Assembly: GCA_964291295.2 (NCBI GenBank)
Contig: OZ219754.1
Coordinates: forward strand, 1,856,001 to 1,920,000
Reading direction: 5' to 3'
DNA: 64,000 nucleotides
Origin: an uncultured Candidatus Binatia bacterium
GTDB lineage: Bacteria > Desulfobacterota > Binatia > UBA9968 > JAJDTQ01
Position numbers and translations under genes: made by a program. The notes under the pieces were generated by a model that saw only the letters and a program-made list of their open reading frames with translations, had not been told where the DNA came from and made no database searches. Position 1 is the first letter of the stretch, and every line of letters starts with the position of its first letter. This document shows positions 1 through 9,744 of this stretch, piece after piece.

Positions 1-2
1 AC

Positions 3-1265
3 ATGGAGGCCCGTCACCTCAGGCAGAACCGGGCGGCGGCGTCCAGGCTGCTGGCGACCATGGATCAGGTGGTGGCGGTGGCGGATCGGGAGGCGGACGA
101 GGCCAACGACGCCTCCACGTCGGCCGTCACCACCGGCCGGGTGGTGCTGGTGGTCCTCAACTTCCTGAACGTCATCGCCGTGGTCGCGTTCGGCTGGATC
201 TTCGTGGGCCGTTACCTGATCCGCCGCCTGACCGGGTTGGCCGCGTCCATGCGTTCCATGGCCGAGGGCAATCTGGAGGTTCCGGTGGAGGTTCGGGGGA
301 ACGACGAAGTGACGGACATGGCGGAGGCGCTGGAGGTGTTCCGGAAGCATGCGCTGGAAGTGCAGCGGCTCAATCTGGTGGAGAAGCTGGCGGACGAGTT
401 GAAGGACAAGAACTCGGAACTGGAAAAGACGCTCAAGGATCTGCAAACCGCCCAGCACCAGGTGATCATGCAGGAGAAGCTGGCCTCCCTGGGCCAGCTC
501 ACCGCGGGTATCGCGCACGAGATCAAGAATCCTCTCAATTTCGTCAACAATTTCTCCGAAGTGTCAGGTGAGTTGATCGGGGAGGCGCGGGAGATCCTCG
601 ACGAGATCCGCGAGCAGCTTCCCGAGGAGGCCCGCGACGAGATCGAAGGGATCCTCGACGATCTGACCGCCAATCTGCAGAAGATCCACCAGCATGGCAA
701 GCGTGCCGACGGGATCGTGCACAGCATGCTGGAGCATTCACGCGGCCAGTCGGGCGAGCGCCGTGCGGTGGACCTCAACGCCCTGCTCAAGCAGTACGCC
801 GATCTCGCCTACCACGCCATGCGGGCCAAGGACCAGACGTTCAACATGACGTGGGAAGAAGACCTCGACGACGCAATAGGCGAGATCGAGGTGGTGCCCC
901 AGGACTTGAGCCGTGTTTTCCTCAACCTCATCACCAACGCCTGTCAGGCGACTTTCGAGTGGGCTCGCAAGAACGATGACGATTACAGGCCGCGTATCCG
1001 TTTGGCCAGCAGGCGCGAGGACGATCAGGTCGAGTTTCGGGTCCGGGACAACGGCTCCGGCATTCCCAGGGAGATGATCAAGAAGATATTCGAGCCATTC
1101 GTCACCACCAAGCCCCCGGGGGAAGGCACCGGACTCGGCCTTTCCCTGTCCCAGGACATCATTGCCCAGCACGGCGGCCGCATGGGTGTGGAATCGGAGC
1201 CGGGCCTGTTCACGGAGTTCTGGATCACCCTCCCCGCCGGCGCCCCGGAGTCCACCGGCGCATAG
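3..1265 (+). CDS. Sensor histidine kinase (TM-HAMP-HisKA-HATPase), 5' end outside the window
   Basis: TM segment and HAMP, H-box LGQLTAGIAHEIKNPLNF, N-box NLITNA, G-boxes DNGSGI and GEGTGLGLS. Confidence 0.93.
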   Translation: MEARHLRQNRAAASRLLATMDQVVAVADREADEANDASTSAVTTGRVVLVVLNFLNVIAVVAFGWIFVGRYLIRRLTGLAASMRSMAEGNLEVPVEVRGNDEVTDMAEALEVFRKHALEVQRLNLVEKLADELKDKNSELEKTLKDLQTAQHQVIMQEKLASLGQLTAGIAHEIKNPLNFVNNFSEVSGELIGEAREILDEIREQLPEEARDEIEGILDDLTANLQKIHQHGKRADGIVHSMLEHSRGQSGERRAVDLNALLKQYADLAYHAMRAKDQTFNMTWEEDLDDAIGEIEVVPQDLSRVFLNLITNACQATFEWARKNDDDYRPRIRLASRREDDQVEFRVRDNGSGIPREMIKKIFEPFVTTKPPGEGTGLGLSLSQDIIAQHGGRMGVESEPGLFTEFWITLPAGAPESTGA

Positions 1266-1316
1266 CCGGTGCCGGGAGCCCGCCGCGGGGAAAGCCGCCC
1301 GGCGGGCATGCCCGCC

Positions 1317-2756
1317 TCAGTTGTTGCCGCCGCGGACCACGTCGGCGGTGTCGGGATCCGGCATGACCACGAACTCGGGATAGGCTTCGATGCCCAGTTC
1401 GCCGGCGTCCTGGCCAAGCTCTTCCACCGCGGGCGAGACCCGCAACTCCATGACCTGCTTCAGTCCCGTCCACACCAGCCACGAAATCACGAACACGTAC
1501 ATGCCCACCGCCACCACTCCCAGGAACTGAACACCGAGGTGACCGCCGGCCACGATGCAGGTCGCCAGAGTTCCCCAGATGCCCGCGAAAAGGTGCACGG
1601 GAATCGCCCCCACCACGTCGTCCACCTTGAGCAGGTCCAGCAGCCTCAGGCCCGCGACGCAGACGACTCCGCCGACGGCACCGATGATCACCGCCCAGTA
1701 GTGGGCGGCGAAGTCGGGTCCGGCGGTGATGGACACCAGGCCCGCCAGCGCGCCGTTGAGACCCGCCATCAGGTCGACCCGCCCGAGCAGGGGCCGTTGG
1801 ATCACCAGAGCCACGAGAAAGCCGGCGGCTCCGGCGAGATTGGTGTTGACCAGGATGTGGCTGATGGCCACGGCATCGGCGGTGCCCCCCAGGGCCAGTT
1901 GCGACCCGCCGTTGAAACCGAACCAGCCGAACCACAGGATGAAGACGCCAAGGGTCACGATGGGGATGTTGGAGGGGGGCGTTGCCTTGACACTGCCGTC
2001 GGTGCGGAATTTGCCGCGCCGGGCCCCCACCACGATGGCCCCGGCCAAGGCCGCCCAGCCCCCGGTGGAGTGGACGATGGTGGAACCCGCGAAGTCCTTG
2101 AAGCCCATGGCGCCCAACCATCCGCCGCCCCAGGTCCAGGCGCCGACGAGGGGATAGATGGCGCCCGTCAGAAGGATGACGAATACGAAGAAGGTCCAGA
2201 GCTTCACCCGCTCGGCCAGCGCGCCGGAGACGATGGATGCGGTAGTGGCCACGAAGACCATCTGGAAGAACCAGTCCGACATCGTCGCATAATCGGACTG
2301 GAGGACCTTTTCCGTTGCCGCCGTGATGGCCTCCGCCGAGGGTTCGTCACGGCCCATCGCATCCAGCAACGCGACTTCTTCGCCCGTCGGGCCGTAGAAG
2401 AGGGTGAGACTCCCGATCCAGCTTCCCACGTCCACGTACATCAGGTTGTAGCCGATGAAGAAGTACATGATCCCGGCGATGGCGTAGAGGCCCATGTTCT
2501 TGAGACAGATCATGGACACGTTCTTGGTGCGCACCGAACCCGACTCGAGCATGGTGAAACCCGCGCACATCCACATCACCAGGGCGCCCCAGACAAGGAA
2601 GGAGAAGGTGTTCAGGACGAACTGCAACTCCGGGTCCAATGCCGCGTCCGCGGCGGCGGCCCACCCGAGAAGGACCGATGCGGCGGCAAGCCCGCCGGCC
2701 ATGACCCAATGCCCGCGAAGGAAGGAAGCCCTGGTGGAAGGCTCGAATCGGTCCAT
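1317..2756 (-). CDS. amtB: Ammonium transporter
   Basis: Amt motifs FFQMVFVAT, GALAER, DFAGSTIVH, FGFNGGS, DDVVGAIPVH; ATG at 2756 is preceded by GGAGG. Confidence 0.95.
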   Translation of the reverse strand: MDRFEPSTRASFLRGHWVMAGGLAAASVLLGWAAAADAALDPELQFVLNTFSFLVWGALVMWMCAGFTMLESGSVRTKNVSMICLKNMGLYAIAGIMYFFIGYNLMYVDVGSWIGSLTLFYGPTGEEVALLDAMGRDEPSAEAITAATEKVLQSDYATMSDWFFQMVFVATTASIVSGALAERVKLWTFFVFVILLTGAIYPLVGAWTWGGGWLGAMGFKDFAGSTIVHSTGGWAALAGAIVVGARRGKFRTDGSVKATPPSNIPIVTLGVFILWFGWFGFNGGSQLALGGTADAVAISHILVNTNLAGAAGFLVALVIQRPLLGRVDLMAGLNGALAGLVSITAGPDFAAHYWAVIIGAVGGVVCVAGLRLLDLLKVDDVVGAIPVHLFAGIWGTLATCIVAGGHLGVQFLGVVAVGMYVFVISWLVWTGLKQVMELRVSPAVEELGQDAGELGIEAYPEFVVMPDPDTADVVRGGNN

Positions 2757-2875
2757 GTTCACGATACCTCCGTGACGGCTGCCCCCGGTCTGCAGGCCGA
2801 AGAAAGTCCATCGCTGCGCGATGCCCGTGGCTCTCCCGGACGAGGGCCGGGAGCTGAGCGCCACAGGTCTCCGTA

Positions 2876-4291
2876 TCAGATGTGGTAGTAGTGGAAAAAC
2901 TCCGCCGGCACGGGGTGGAGAAAGACATCCCTCGATTCCTGCTCCTTGAACGCGATGTAGTGGTCGATGACGTCCTGGGTGAAGACGCCGCCTTCGAGCA
3001 GGTAGTCGTGGTCTTTTCCCAGGGCCGCCACCGCCGCCTCCATGGAATTGGGGACGGACGGAATCCGCGCCGCCGCCTCAGGGGACAGCTCGTAGATGTC
3101 CGTGTCGGTGGGTTCTCCCGGATCGATGCGGTTGCGTATGCCGTCAAGGCCCGCCATCAGCATGGCGGAGAAGGCGAGGTAAGTATTGGCGGAGGGATCG
3201 GGCGAACGGTACTCGATGCGTTTGCTGGCCGCGGAGGTTTCATACGTGGGGATACGCACCGCGGCCGAGCGGTTGCGCGCGGAGTAGGCGAGGTAGACCG
3301 GAGCCTCGAAGCCCGGGACCAGACGCTTGTAGGAATTGGTCGTGGGGGCGCAGAAGGCGAGCAGGGACGGACTGTGCTTGAGCAGGCCGCCGATATAGTA
3401 TCGCGCCAGTTCCGACAGCTGGGCATAGCCGCCGGCGTCGTAGAAGAGCGGCGTATCGCCGAGCCAGAGCGACTGATGCACGTGCATGCCGCTGCCGTTG
3501 TCCCCGAACAGGGGCTTGGGCATGAATGTCGCGGTCTTGCCGTGCGTCTTGGCCACGTTGCGCACGATGTGCTTGTACCACTGGGTCTCGTCGGCCTTCC
3601 GGCGCAGAGTGTTGAATCGCGTCGCGATCTCGCCCTGGCCGCCGGTGGCCACCTCGTGATGATGGACTTCGAACTCAAGGCCCACCTGCCCCATCTTCTC
3701 TGCCATCTCCCAGCGCAGGTCCGCGAGCTGGTCGAACGGTGGAATGGGGGAATAGCCCTGCTTGGGAGGGATCTTGTATCCGAGGTTGCGGTCGTCCTCT
3801 TCCCGGCCCGAGTTCCAGTCGGCCTCGTCGGAGTCGACGATGTGAAATGACGAGTTGGGTTTGAGGCCGAAGCGCACGTTCTCCAGAACGAAGAATTCGA
3901 GTTCGGGGCCGAAGAACGCCTTGTCGGCGATACCCGAGGCGACAAGATGGGCCTCGGCCTTGGTGGCCACGTAGCGCGGGTCGCGCGTGTAGCGGTCGCC
4001 GTTGACCGGATCCACGACATCGCAAATGATCTTGAGGGACGGTTCCCGTTCCACCGGGTCGATTCGGGCGGAGTCGAGATCGGGTATCAGCAGCATGTCG
4101 GACTGGTCGATGGATTGGAAACCCCGCAGGCTGGAGCCGTCGAAGCCCTGGCCGCGCTCCACGAGACTGTCCTTCACCTTGGCGGGAGGGATGGAAAAAT
4201 GTTGCCAGCGGCCGATAAGGTCGGTGACGAGGAGGTCGACACGCCGAACCTTGTTGTCGGAGATAAGTTTCTGCACCTCGGAGAGCGTCAT
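2876..4291 (-). CDS. glnA: Glutamine synthetase type I
   Basis: FDGSSLRGF, HHHEVA, FMPKPLFGDNGSGMHVHQS, NSYKRLVPGFEAP, RIEYRSPD; real start MTLSEV at 4291 with AAAGGA RBS (ORF track over-extends it). Confidence 0.97.
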   Translation of the reverse strand: MTLSEVQKLISDNKVRRVDLLVTDLIGRWQHFSIPPAKVKDSLVERGQGFDGSSLRGFQSIDQSDMLLIPDLDSARIDPVEREPSLKIICDVVDPVNGDRYTRDPRYVATKAEAHLVASGIADKAFFGPELEFFVLENVRFGLKPNSSFHIVDSDEADWNSGREEDDRNLGYKIPPKQGYSPIPPFDQLADLRWEMAEKMGQVGLEFEVHHHEVATGGQGEIATRFNTLRRKADETQWYKHIVRNVAKTHGKTATFMPKPLFGDNGSGMHVHQSLWLGDTPLFYDAGGYAQLSELARYYIGGLLKHSPSLLAFCAPTTNSYKRLVPGFEAPVYLAYSARNRSAAVRIPTYETSAASKRIEYRSPDPSANTYLAFSAMLMAGLDGIRNRIDPGEPTDTDIYELSPEAAARIPSVPNSMEAAVAALGKDHDYLLEGGVFTQDVIDHYIAFKEQESRDVFLHPVPAEFFHYYHI

Positions 4292-4714
4292 GGAATGTTC
4301 CTTTCTCTGCGTGTTGTCTTGAAGGGCCGCCGGCGTGAAGGCGGAGTTGAATTCCGAACCAGCCTTATATCGCATATGTTCGTGATGATGACAAATCAGT
4401 TGTCCTTGCGGGGTCTTCTCGGGCGCGGTGCCGGCGCAGACCTTCGAACGGCGCCTGCCGGCGGTGGCGGTGACGCGCGCTTCATGCCCGTTCCGCTTCC
4501 TTGCGGCGTTTCTCGCGGGCGCGGCGCCCGCCCTTGAGTTGAACGCCTTGCCGGGAAGCGGGGCTGGGCCGAGGGCATCTGCCGAACCGCCTGGCCTTCG
4601 GCCCGAGGCCGGGCGAGGTTGGAGAAGGTGACGGGATCCGACCGCCGGCAAGTGCCAGACAACCCAAGGGCGTGCAGTTTCCGGAAGCAGCCGTTGAAGC
4701 GAATGGAGGATCAG

Positions 4715-4795
4715 GTCAGGAAGTCCGAGAGTCAGGAAGTCCGAGACAGAGCTATGAAGAATGTTCACATGAAGCGAAATGTTCACATGAAGCGA
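4715..4795. repeat. Two adjacent perfect tandem duplications: gtcaggaagtccgaga x2 (4715-4746) and aatgttcacatgaagcga x2 (4760-4795)
   Basis: Directly visible. Confidence 0.95.
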
Positions 4796-6430
4796 AGAGG
4801 GCAGCGAAAGGGACTGACTTTCGCGGTCGCCGCGGCACTTCCGTTGCTCGTATTGCTGGCCGCCTGCGGTGGTGGATCGGGTGGCGGATCGAGCGTGGTT
4901 CCAGCCCCACCCGCCGAGGTTCCGGCCCCGCCTGCCGAGGTCCCGGCCCCACCTGCCGAGGTCCCGGCCCCGCCTGCCGAGGTCCCGGCCCCGCCTGCCG
5001 AGGTTCCGGCCCCGCCTGCCGAGGTCCCGGCCCCGCCTGCCGAGGTTCCGGCCCCGCCCGCCGAGGTTCCGGCCCCGCCTGTCGAGGTTCCGGCCCCGCC
5101 TGTCGAGGTTCCGGCCCCGCCTGTCGAGGTTCCGGCCCCGCCCGCCGCAGTTCCGGCTCCACCCGCCGCGAGGCCGACCCCGGTTGTTCCGCAACCTCCC
5201 GATGCTCTGGAGATGCCCGTCATCCCGGTCGGTCGCACGCTGCGCGTCGGCGCCATGCCGTCACCGGGGAAATCCGGTCTCGAAACGACACCGGATCATG
5301 GCGCCGTGGCCGTGCGCTACGGTCGCGTTCGTGACGGCGTCGGCGCCAGCCTCGTCATCCGTTACCTCAGTGAGAATACGAATCTCATCCAACGCTTCGT
5401 CCGGGCACCGGTGGTGCGCTATGTCGAAGGTGTCACGGCAACCCACAAGGACGAAATCGTCCAGGCCGTACAATTCCTCAACGGCAACCTGCCGAGGGAC
5501 TTCCAGATCACCATCGGTTCGGTGGTTTCCGCGGCGGAGGACGCCCGCCTCGATAGAGTGAGCAAGATGAAGCGCGGCGAGATTCTCGTGAAATACGCCC
5601 GCCGGGAGAACTGGGGCGGCAGCCCCGACCCCAACTGGGTTGGCGCGGTGTTGGAGGGCATCTCGGGGTCCGAGAGGGTCAATGCCCGGATCTGGGTCGA
5701 CCAGACGCGCATTGCCGATCGTACCGCACGCATGAGCACGCTCATGCACGAACTCCTGCACGCCCTTGGGCGCAACCATCCGGATCCCGGCAGATCCCCC
5801 GACACCGTCATGAACAATGTGAGGCCGCTCAGGGATCGGTTGACCAGGATCGACCTGATGTATCCGGTCGACCGCGAAGCGCTGTTGGCGGTCTACGACA
5901 GGCTCGACGCGGGTGACCCGATCTCCGACATCGCCAACCGCCTCGGCCCCTGGGAGGATGCATCGATCCAGGTATACGGTGAGCTCGGCGAGACCGCCTT
6001 CGGCGCCGCTTTGCGCAACGGCCTCGTGCGGCCCTGGGCCCACGGGCCGAACCCCGGCCTGTCCCTTGCCAACAATACGCAGCTGGCAGGCAGCGTCAGT
6101 TGGACGGGCCGCCTCCTCGGCCTCACACCCGGCGGCCAGGCCGTGGCCGGCGCGGCCGGCCTGACCGTCGATCTTGCGAGCCTGCGCGGCGACCTCGATT
6201 TCACCGGGATGGAACAGTGGACCGGCAACCCCGGCGCGCCCGGCTCCGGAACCCGGTGGGGCGACGGCGATCTGAACTACGATATCGCCGTCAAGGGCAA
6301 CACCTTCTCGCGTCTGGCGGGCATCGATGAAGGCATCGTGACCGGAGCCTTCTTCGGCAACGCTCACCAGGGCATGGGTGGCACACTGGTGCGCGAGGAC
6401 TTCTCGGCCGGCTTCGCCGGCAAGCGCTGA
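4754..6430 (+). CDS. Lipoprotein with Pro-rich repeat stalk, metzincin zinc-peptidase domain and probable C-terminal TbpB-like beta-barrel
   Basis: Lipobox LLAAC-GGG, 13x VPAPP(A/V)(E/A), HELLHALGRNH (HExxHxxGxxH) with Met-turn DTVM, C-terminus GAFFG...GGT...GFAGKR; start could be 4754, 4769 or 4787. Confidence 0.8.
   Translation: MKNVHMKRNVHMKRRGQRKGLTFAVAAALPLLVLLAACGGGSGGGSSVVPAPPAEVPAPPAEVPAPPAEVPAPPAEVPAPPAEVPAPPAEVPAPPAEVPAPPAEVPAPPVEVPAPPVEVPAPPVEVPAPPAAVPAPPAARPTPVVPQPPDALEMPVIPVGRTLRVGAMPSPGKSGLETTPDHGAVAVRYGRVRDGVGASLVIRYLSENTNLIQRFVRAPVVRYVEGVTATHKDEIVQAVQFLNGNLPRDFQITIGSVVSAAEDARLDRVSKMKRGEILVKYARRENWGGSPDPNWVGAVLEGISGSERVNARIWVDQTRIADRTARMSTLMHELLHALGRNHPDPGRSPDTVMNNVRPLRDRLTRIDLMYPVDREALLAVYDRLDAGDPISDIANRLGPWEDASIQVYGELGETAFGAALRNGLVRPWAHGPNPGLSLANNTQLAGSVSWTGRLLGLTPGGQAVAGAAGLTVDLASLRGDLDFTGMEQWTGNPGAPGSGTRWGDGDLNYDIAVKGNTFSRLAGIDEGIVTGAFFGNAHQGMGGTLVREDFSAGFAGKR
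4898..5170 (+). repeat. Coding tandem repeat, 13 x 21 bp (consensus gttccggccccgcctgccgag)
   Basis: Directly visible: 8x VPAPPAE, 3x VPAPPVE, 2x VPAPPAA. Confidence 0.97.
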
Positions 6431-6623
6431 GGGGCGGTCGGAGACCGAGTTGGCGGTTCAGCCGCGGCGCCCGAGGGCTGCCGCCGAAGTAGCCCATGGC
6501 TCCGGTGCACCCGTTCACGGCTCGGTGCGTCAGGTGCCGGTGGACGATGAGGCTGCGGCGGTCGTCACGAGCATTGGCGCGGACGCCCCGGAGGAGCGCA
6601 TCACCGAGTGCGGCGCACTTCGT

Positions 6624-8572
6624 TCAGGCGTCCTCGAGCTTCAGGATCTCGGCTTGCACATGGGCGCGGAAATCCGCGCTTGATGTGAAACAGCGATAGC
6701 CGGCAGCGCTGGCGGTCGCGAGAACATCCGGAGTTGCGTTCAGCAGCACTGCGGCAGGCCCGGTCAAACCGGGCTGCAAACCCTCTGGCCATGCGAGGTC
6801 GAATACCGCTTTTTGTGCGCCGGTCGCCTGGTCGGCATGGTCGAAGGCGACATGTCCGCGTGGCAGGTCGTGGGCTTCGAGCCAGTCGTTGAGCTTCTCG
6901 ACCTCTCTTTCCTCAGCCTCGCCGGTAATGTCGCCCGGTGAAGCCGAGACGGGTTCGGCGATCCCGGGGGCGGTCTCCGCGAGCGATTCCGGGTCGCCGT
7001 GCCGCAGCTCATCGAAACGCCGGTTGGTTTCCGCCGCCAACAAGCTCCTGCGGGCAGCGAGAAAATCGTGGTAGCGTTCGATCCGCCACAGTGCGCGATC
7101 CATCGGGATCCACTGCGAGGCAAGTGCGCCCGGATGGGCTTTCTCCACCTCCGCAAAATAGTCCTCGGGCAGGCGGTCGGCGATCACCAGATTCGTGTCC
7201 TTTGTCAGGAAACAGAAGTTGGCCACCGCGTTCACCTCCGGCCGGCCCCCTCTTGGTAGAGTCGTGACTTCGGGAAGATGTGGTGCACCTCAAGACCCGC
7301 CATCCTGCCCAGCATGTCTGCCCTCAATGGCCGGCCGGTCCCCCAGTCCTTCGCCTCCCCCATACGGGTCAGCATGTAGAGCACGGGGTAGAAGCGTGCA
7401 CCAAGGCTCCAGCCGTCGAAGTTCCCGGCTTCCACACGGAGTCCGCCATGCCACAGGCGGAGTTGCTCGATCAGCGCGTCAAGCCCGCCCTCGGGTTTTT
7501 CCAGCGCCGCGAGATCCTGATCGATAAGGGACTCCGTCGAACCGGAAAACCGGCCCCACATTCCGGCTTGTGCGAACCAGAAGAGCAGCTTGTCGCGCTC
7601 CTCGGCATTCATCGGGCCAGTCCGCCGGTCCAGGTAATGGACCATGACAGGCAGGCCGAATTGCCCGAACAGTACGCGGTCATGGTCGAGGCCGAGGCGT
7701 CCCGCGATCAGGTTGAGACTGGTGTCGATCTGCTTGCATGCGCGTGAGAGTCCGTCCTGGATATCGGACGCGCTCTTGCCGTGCAGATGGCTGAACCTGG
7801 CCTCGCCGGTCAGGACCGTGTTGACCGAACGCAGCAGCCAATCGAGGTTGAAGCTGTAGCCGGCGCTGGCCCATTTGCTGAGCGCTTTCTTCATGGCACT
7901 CCGCGCTTCGGGCCATTCGGCGCAGATCTTCGCGAGCGCCAGATCGCCCTTCGAAAGCTTGGTTCCACCGCTGTTGACGCGGTTGAAGATGTCGACGACT
8001 ACCTCGAGCGACTTGTCCGCACCCGTTACTTCCTCAACGTGAAGGTGGATGTCCAGAATGCCCAGCAGGCGGGCGATGCGCGCCGCGTACTTCACGGCTG
8101 TGGTACCGATACCGGGATGTTCGGCGAGTGACGTGAGCAGTGCTTCGTGTCCGGCCTGCCCTCTGACCATCAACGCCGTAACGTCGATCCATAGCGGATC
8201 GTCGTGCATCTTGATCGGCTGGTAGAATGAGAAGGTCTCGTTTTCGAGATGGAACCGCAATTCGGTGAAGGTCTTCCGGTTGCCGTCGAAGAAACCGGGT
8301 GGCTTGCCGCGCACTACCCCGTAAAGCGAGGTCATGCGTTGCTGCCCGTCCAGCAACAGCTTCACACGGCCGGCGGTGATCGGGCCATCGCCGCGGCGGT
8401 CTGCGGTGTTCGCCGCCGTCACCCACACGAGAAGACCGCCGACCGGATGCCGGCGGTATAACGAATCGAACAAGCCGCGCACCTGGTCGCGGTTCCACAC
8501 ATATCCGCGCTGGAATTCGGGCAATGCCATATCGCCGCTATCGACCAGGTCGAGGACTGTCGAGATCTTCAT
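6624..8572 (-). pseudogene. GmrSD-type (DUF262 + HNH) modification-dependent restriction endonuclease, frameshifted near 7240-7250
   Basis: DUF262 motifs LPEFQRGYVW, LLLDGQQRMTSL, FNRVNSGGTKL; the HNH motif is split between frames (EVHHIFPKSRLY / EVNAVANFCFLTKDTN). Confidence 0.85.
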
Positions 8573-8744
8573 CGTGCGAGCCTGTTCGTCATGGTCGGAA
8601 CTGGTACGCGGATTCAGCGGGACCTGGGCGGGATTCTACGCGCTGCCGCCGCAAGTGTATGCTCTCGAAAGGAGTAATCCTGGTAACGTGTGTACGAGGG
8701 ACAGCAAGGGTACCGGAACATGTGCGTCGTCTCCTGCCTATCGC

Positions 8745-9544
8745 CGCGCAGGCCGGTCTTGGAATCGGCGAGGTTCAAGGCGCCCGCGCCAATGTTGCGC
8801 CAGCGCAGGTCGAGCACCTCGCCGCGGCGGCGTCCGGTGAGCGCCAGCAGTCGGATGGCGGTGACGGCCTCGGGCCATCGGGCTTCGTTGGCGTCGAGTG
8901 CGCACCCCGAGCCGGGCCAGTTCTTCCGCGTCGAGGAAGCGGGCAATGTTGCGCCTTGGGTTCCTGCGGATGCCGGGACAGGGGTTGGCGCCGCGCTCGC
9001 GCAATCCCCATTCCTCGGCGCGGAACATGATCGCGCGCAGGATTTCGAGTGCGCGGTTGGCTGTGCCGGGCTTGTCCCTGCTTGCAGCGTCGAACCACGC
9101 GGCGGCATCCTCAGGTCCGACACGGTCCACCCGCATTCTGCCGAAAGCGGACAGGATGCCGGCCCTGAGGTAGATGCGTACGGTCCTGCGCCCGGAGGGC
9201 TTCCCGTGCGGCTCGCAGCGCCGCAGATACTCGTCCGCGAACACGCGCAGGATCGGGGTTCCCTTTACCCTCTGGATGTCGTCGGCGGGGTTCCCGCCCG
9301 CGCGGATACGCGCGAGCAAGTCGCGGGCTCGGCGGCGGGCTTGCGCCAGCGCACTCTCGCCGTGCCGGGCGATGACGATGCGGCGGCTGCGCCCCCCGAT
9401 GCGGGTCTGGACGATCCAAACCTTGCGGCCCGAGGGGTGCATGCGCAGCCCGAAGCCGGGCAGCGACCTGTCGAACAGGAGCGTGTCCTTGGGGCCGGGC
9501 TTGCTCTGGCGGGCCAGGCGCGCGGTGAGGTCAACCCTGGGCAT
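8745..9544 (-). pseudogene. Tyrosine integrase with N-terminal arm-binding (DUF4102-like) domain, frameshifted near 8900 and C-terminally truncated
   Basis: LFDRSLPGFGLRMHPSGRKVW, ANRALEILRAIM, NPCPGI; continues in another frame as IRLLALTGRRRGEVLDLRW...DSKTG and then breaks off; no HxxR or catalytic Tyr region. Confidence 0.85.
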
Positions 9545-9680
9545 GATCGCTCCCTCCCCCGTGCTCCGCGCCCCGTCCGGCCAGGGCCGCATGGATGCGG
9601 TTCGATACCCGGCCGGCGGCGGATTGGTCGGAGAGATGCACATGGTGCTCGGTGGTCTCGACCAGTATCGCCCGCTTCGA
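9531..9680 (-). pseudogene. C-terminal remnant of a second, upstream tyrosine integrase
   Basis: Manual translation VETTEHHVHLSDQSAAGRVSNRIHAALAG...* resembles the integrase tail TTxxYAHLxD...AAxRV...I..AL; its stop overlaps the start region of the next integrase. Confidence 0.55.
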
Positions 9681-9744
9681 TGGTGACGCGCGGTTCCCGG
9701 GCCGGGAAGGCCGCCATCAATTCATGGCGGGGCGGGCTTTTCCT

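Noticed and set aside
4292-4450. Glutamine (glnA) riboswitch in the glnA leader
   Set aside because: The conserved motif could not be recognised by eye; an Rfam scan would be needed.
4898-5170. 21-bp repeat array as a CRISPR
   Set aside because: The units are contiguous with no spacers, are in frame inside a CDS, and have no cas genes nearby.
4292-5194. 300-aa N-terminal extension of GlnA containing GRRGRNL repeats
   Set aside because: It is the antisense reading of the lipoprotein repeat; GlnA homology and the RBS begin at 4291.
6431-6623. Possible gene fragment between the lipoprotein and the GmrSD-type gene
   Set aside because: No recognisable motif, start or RBS was found in the frames examined.
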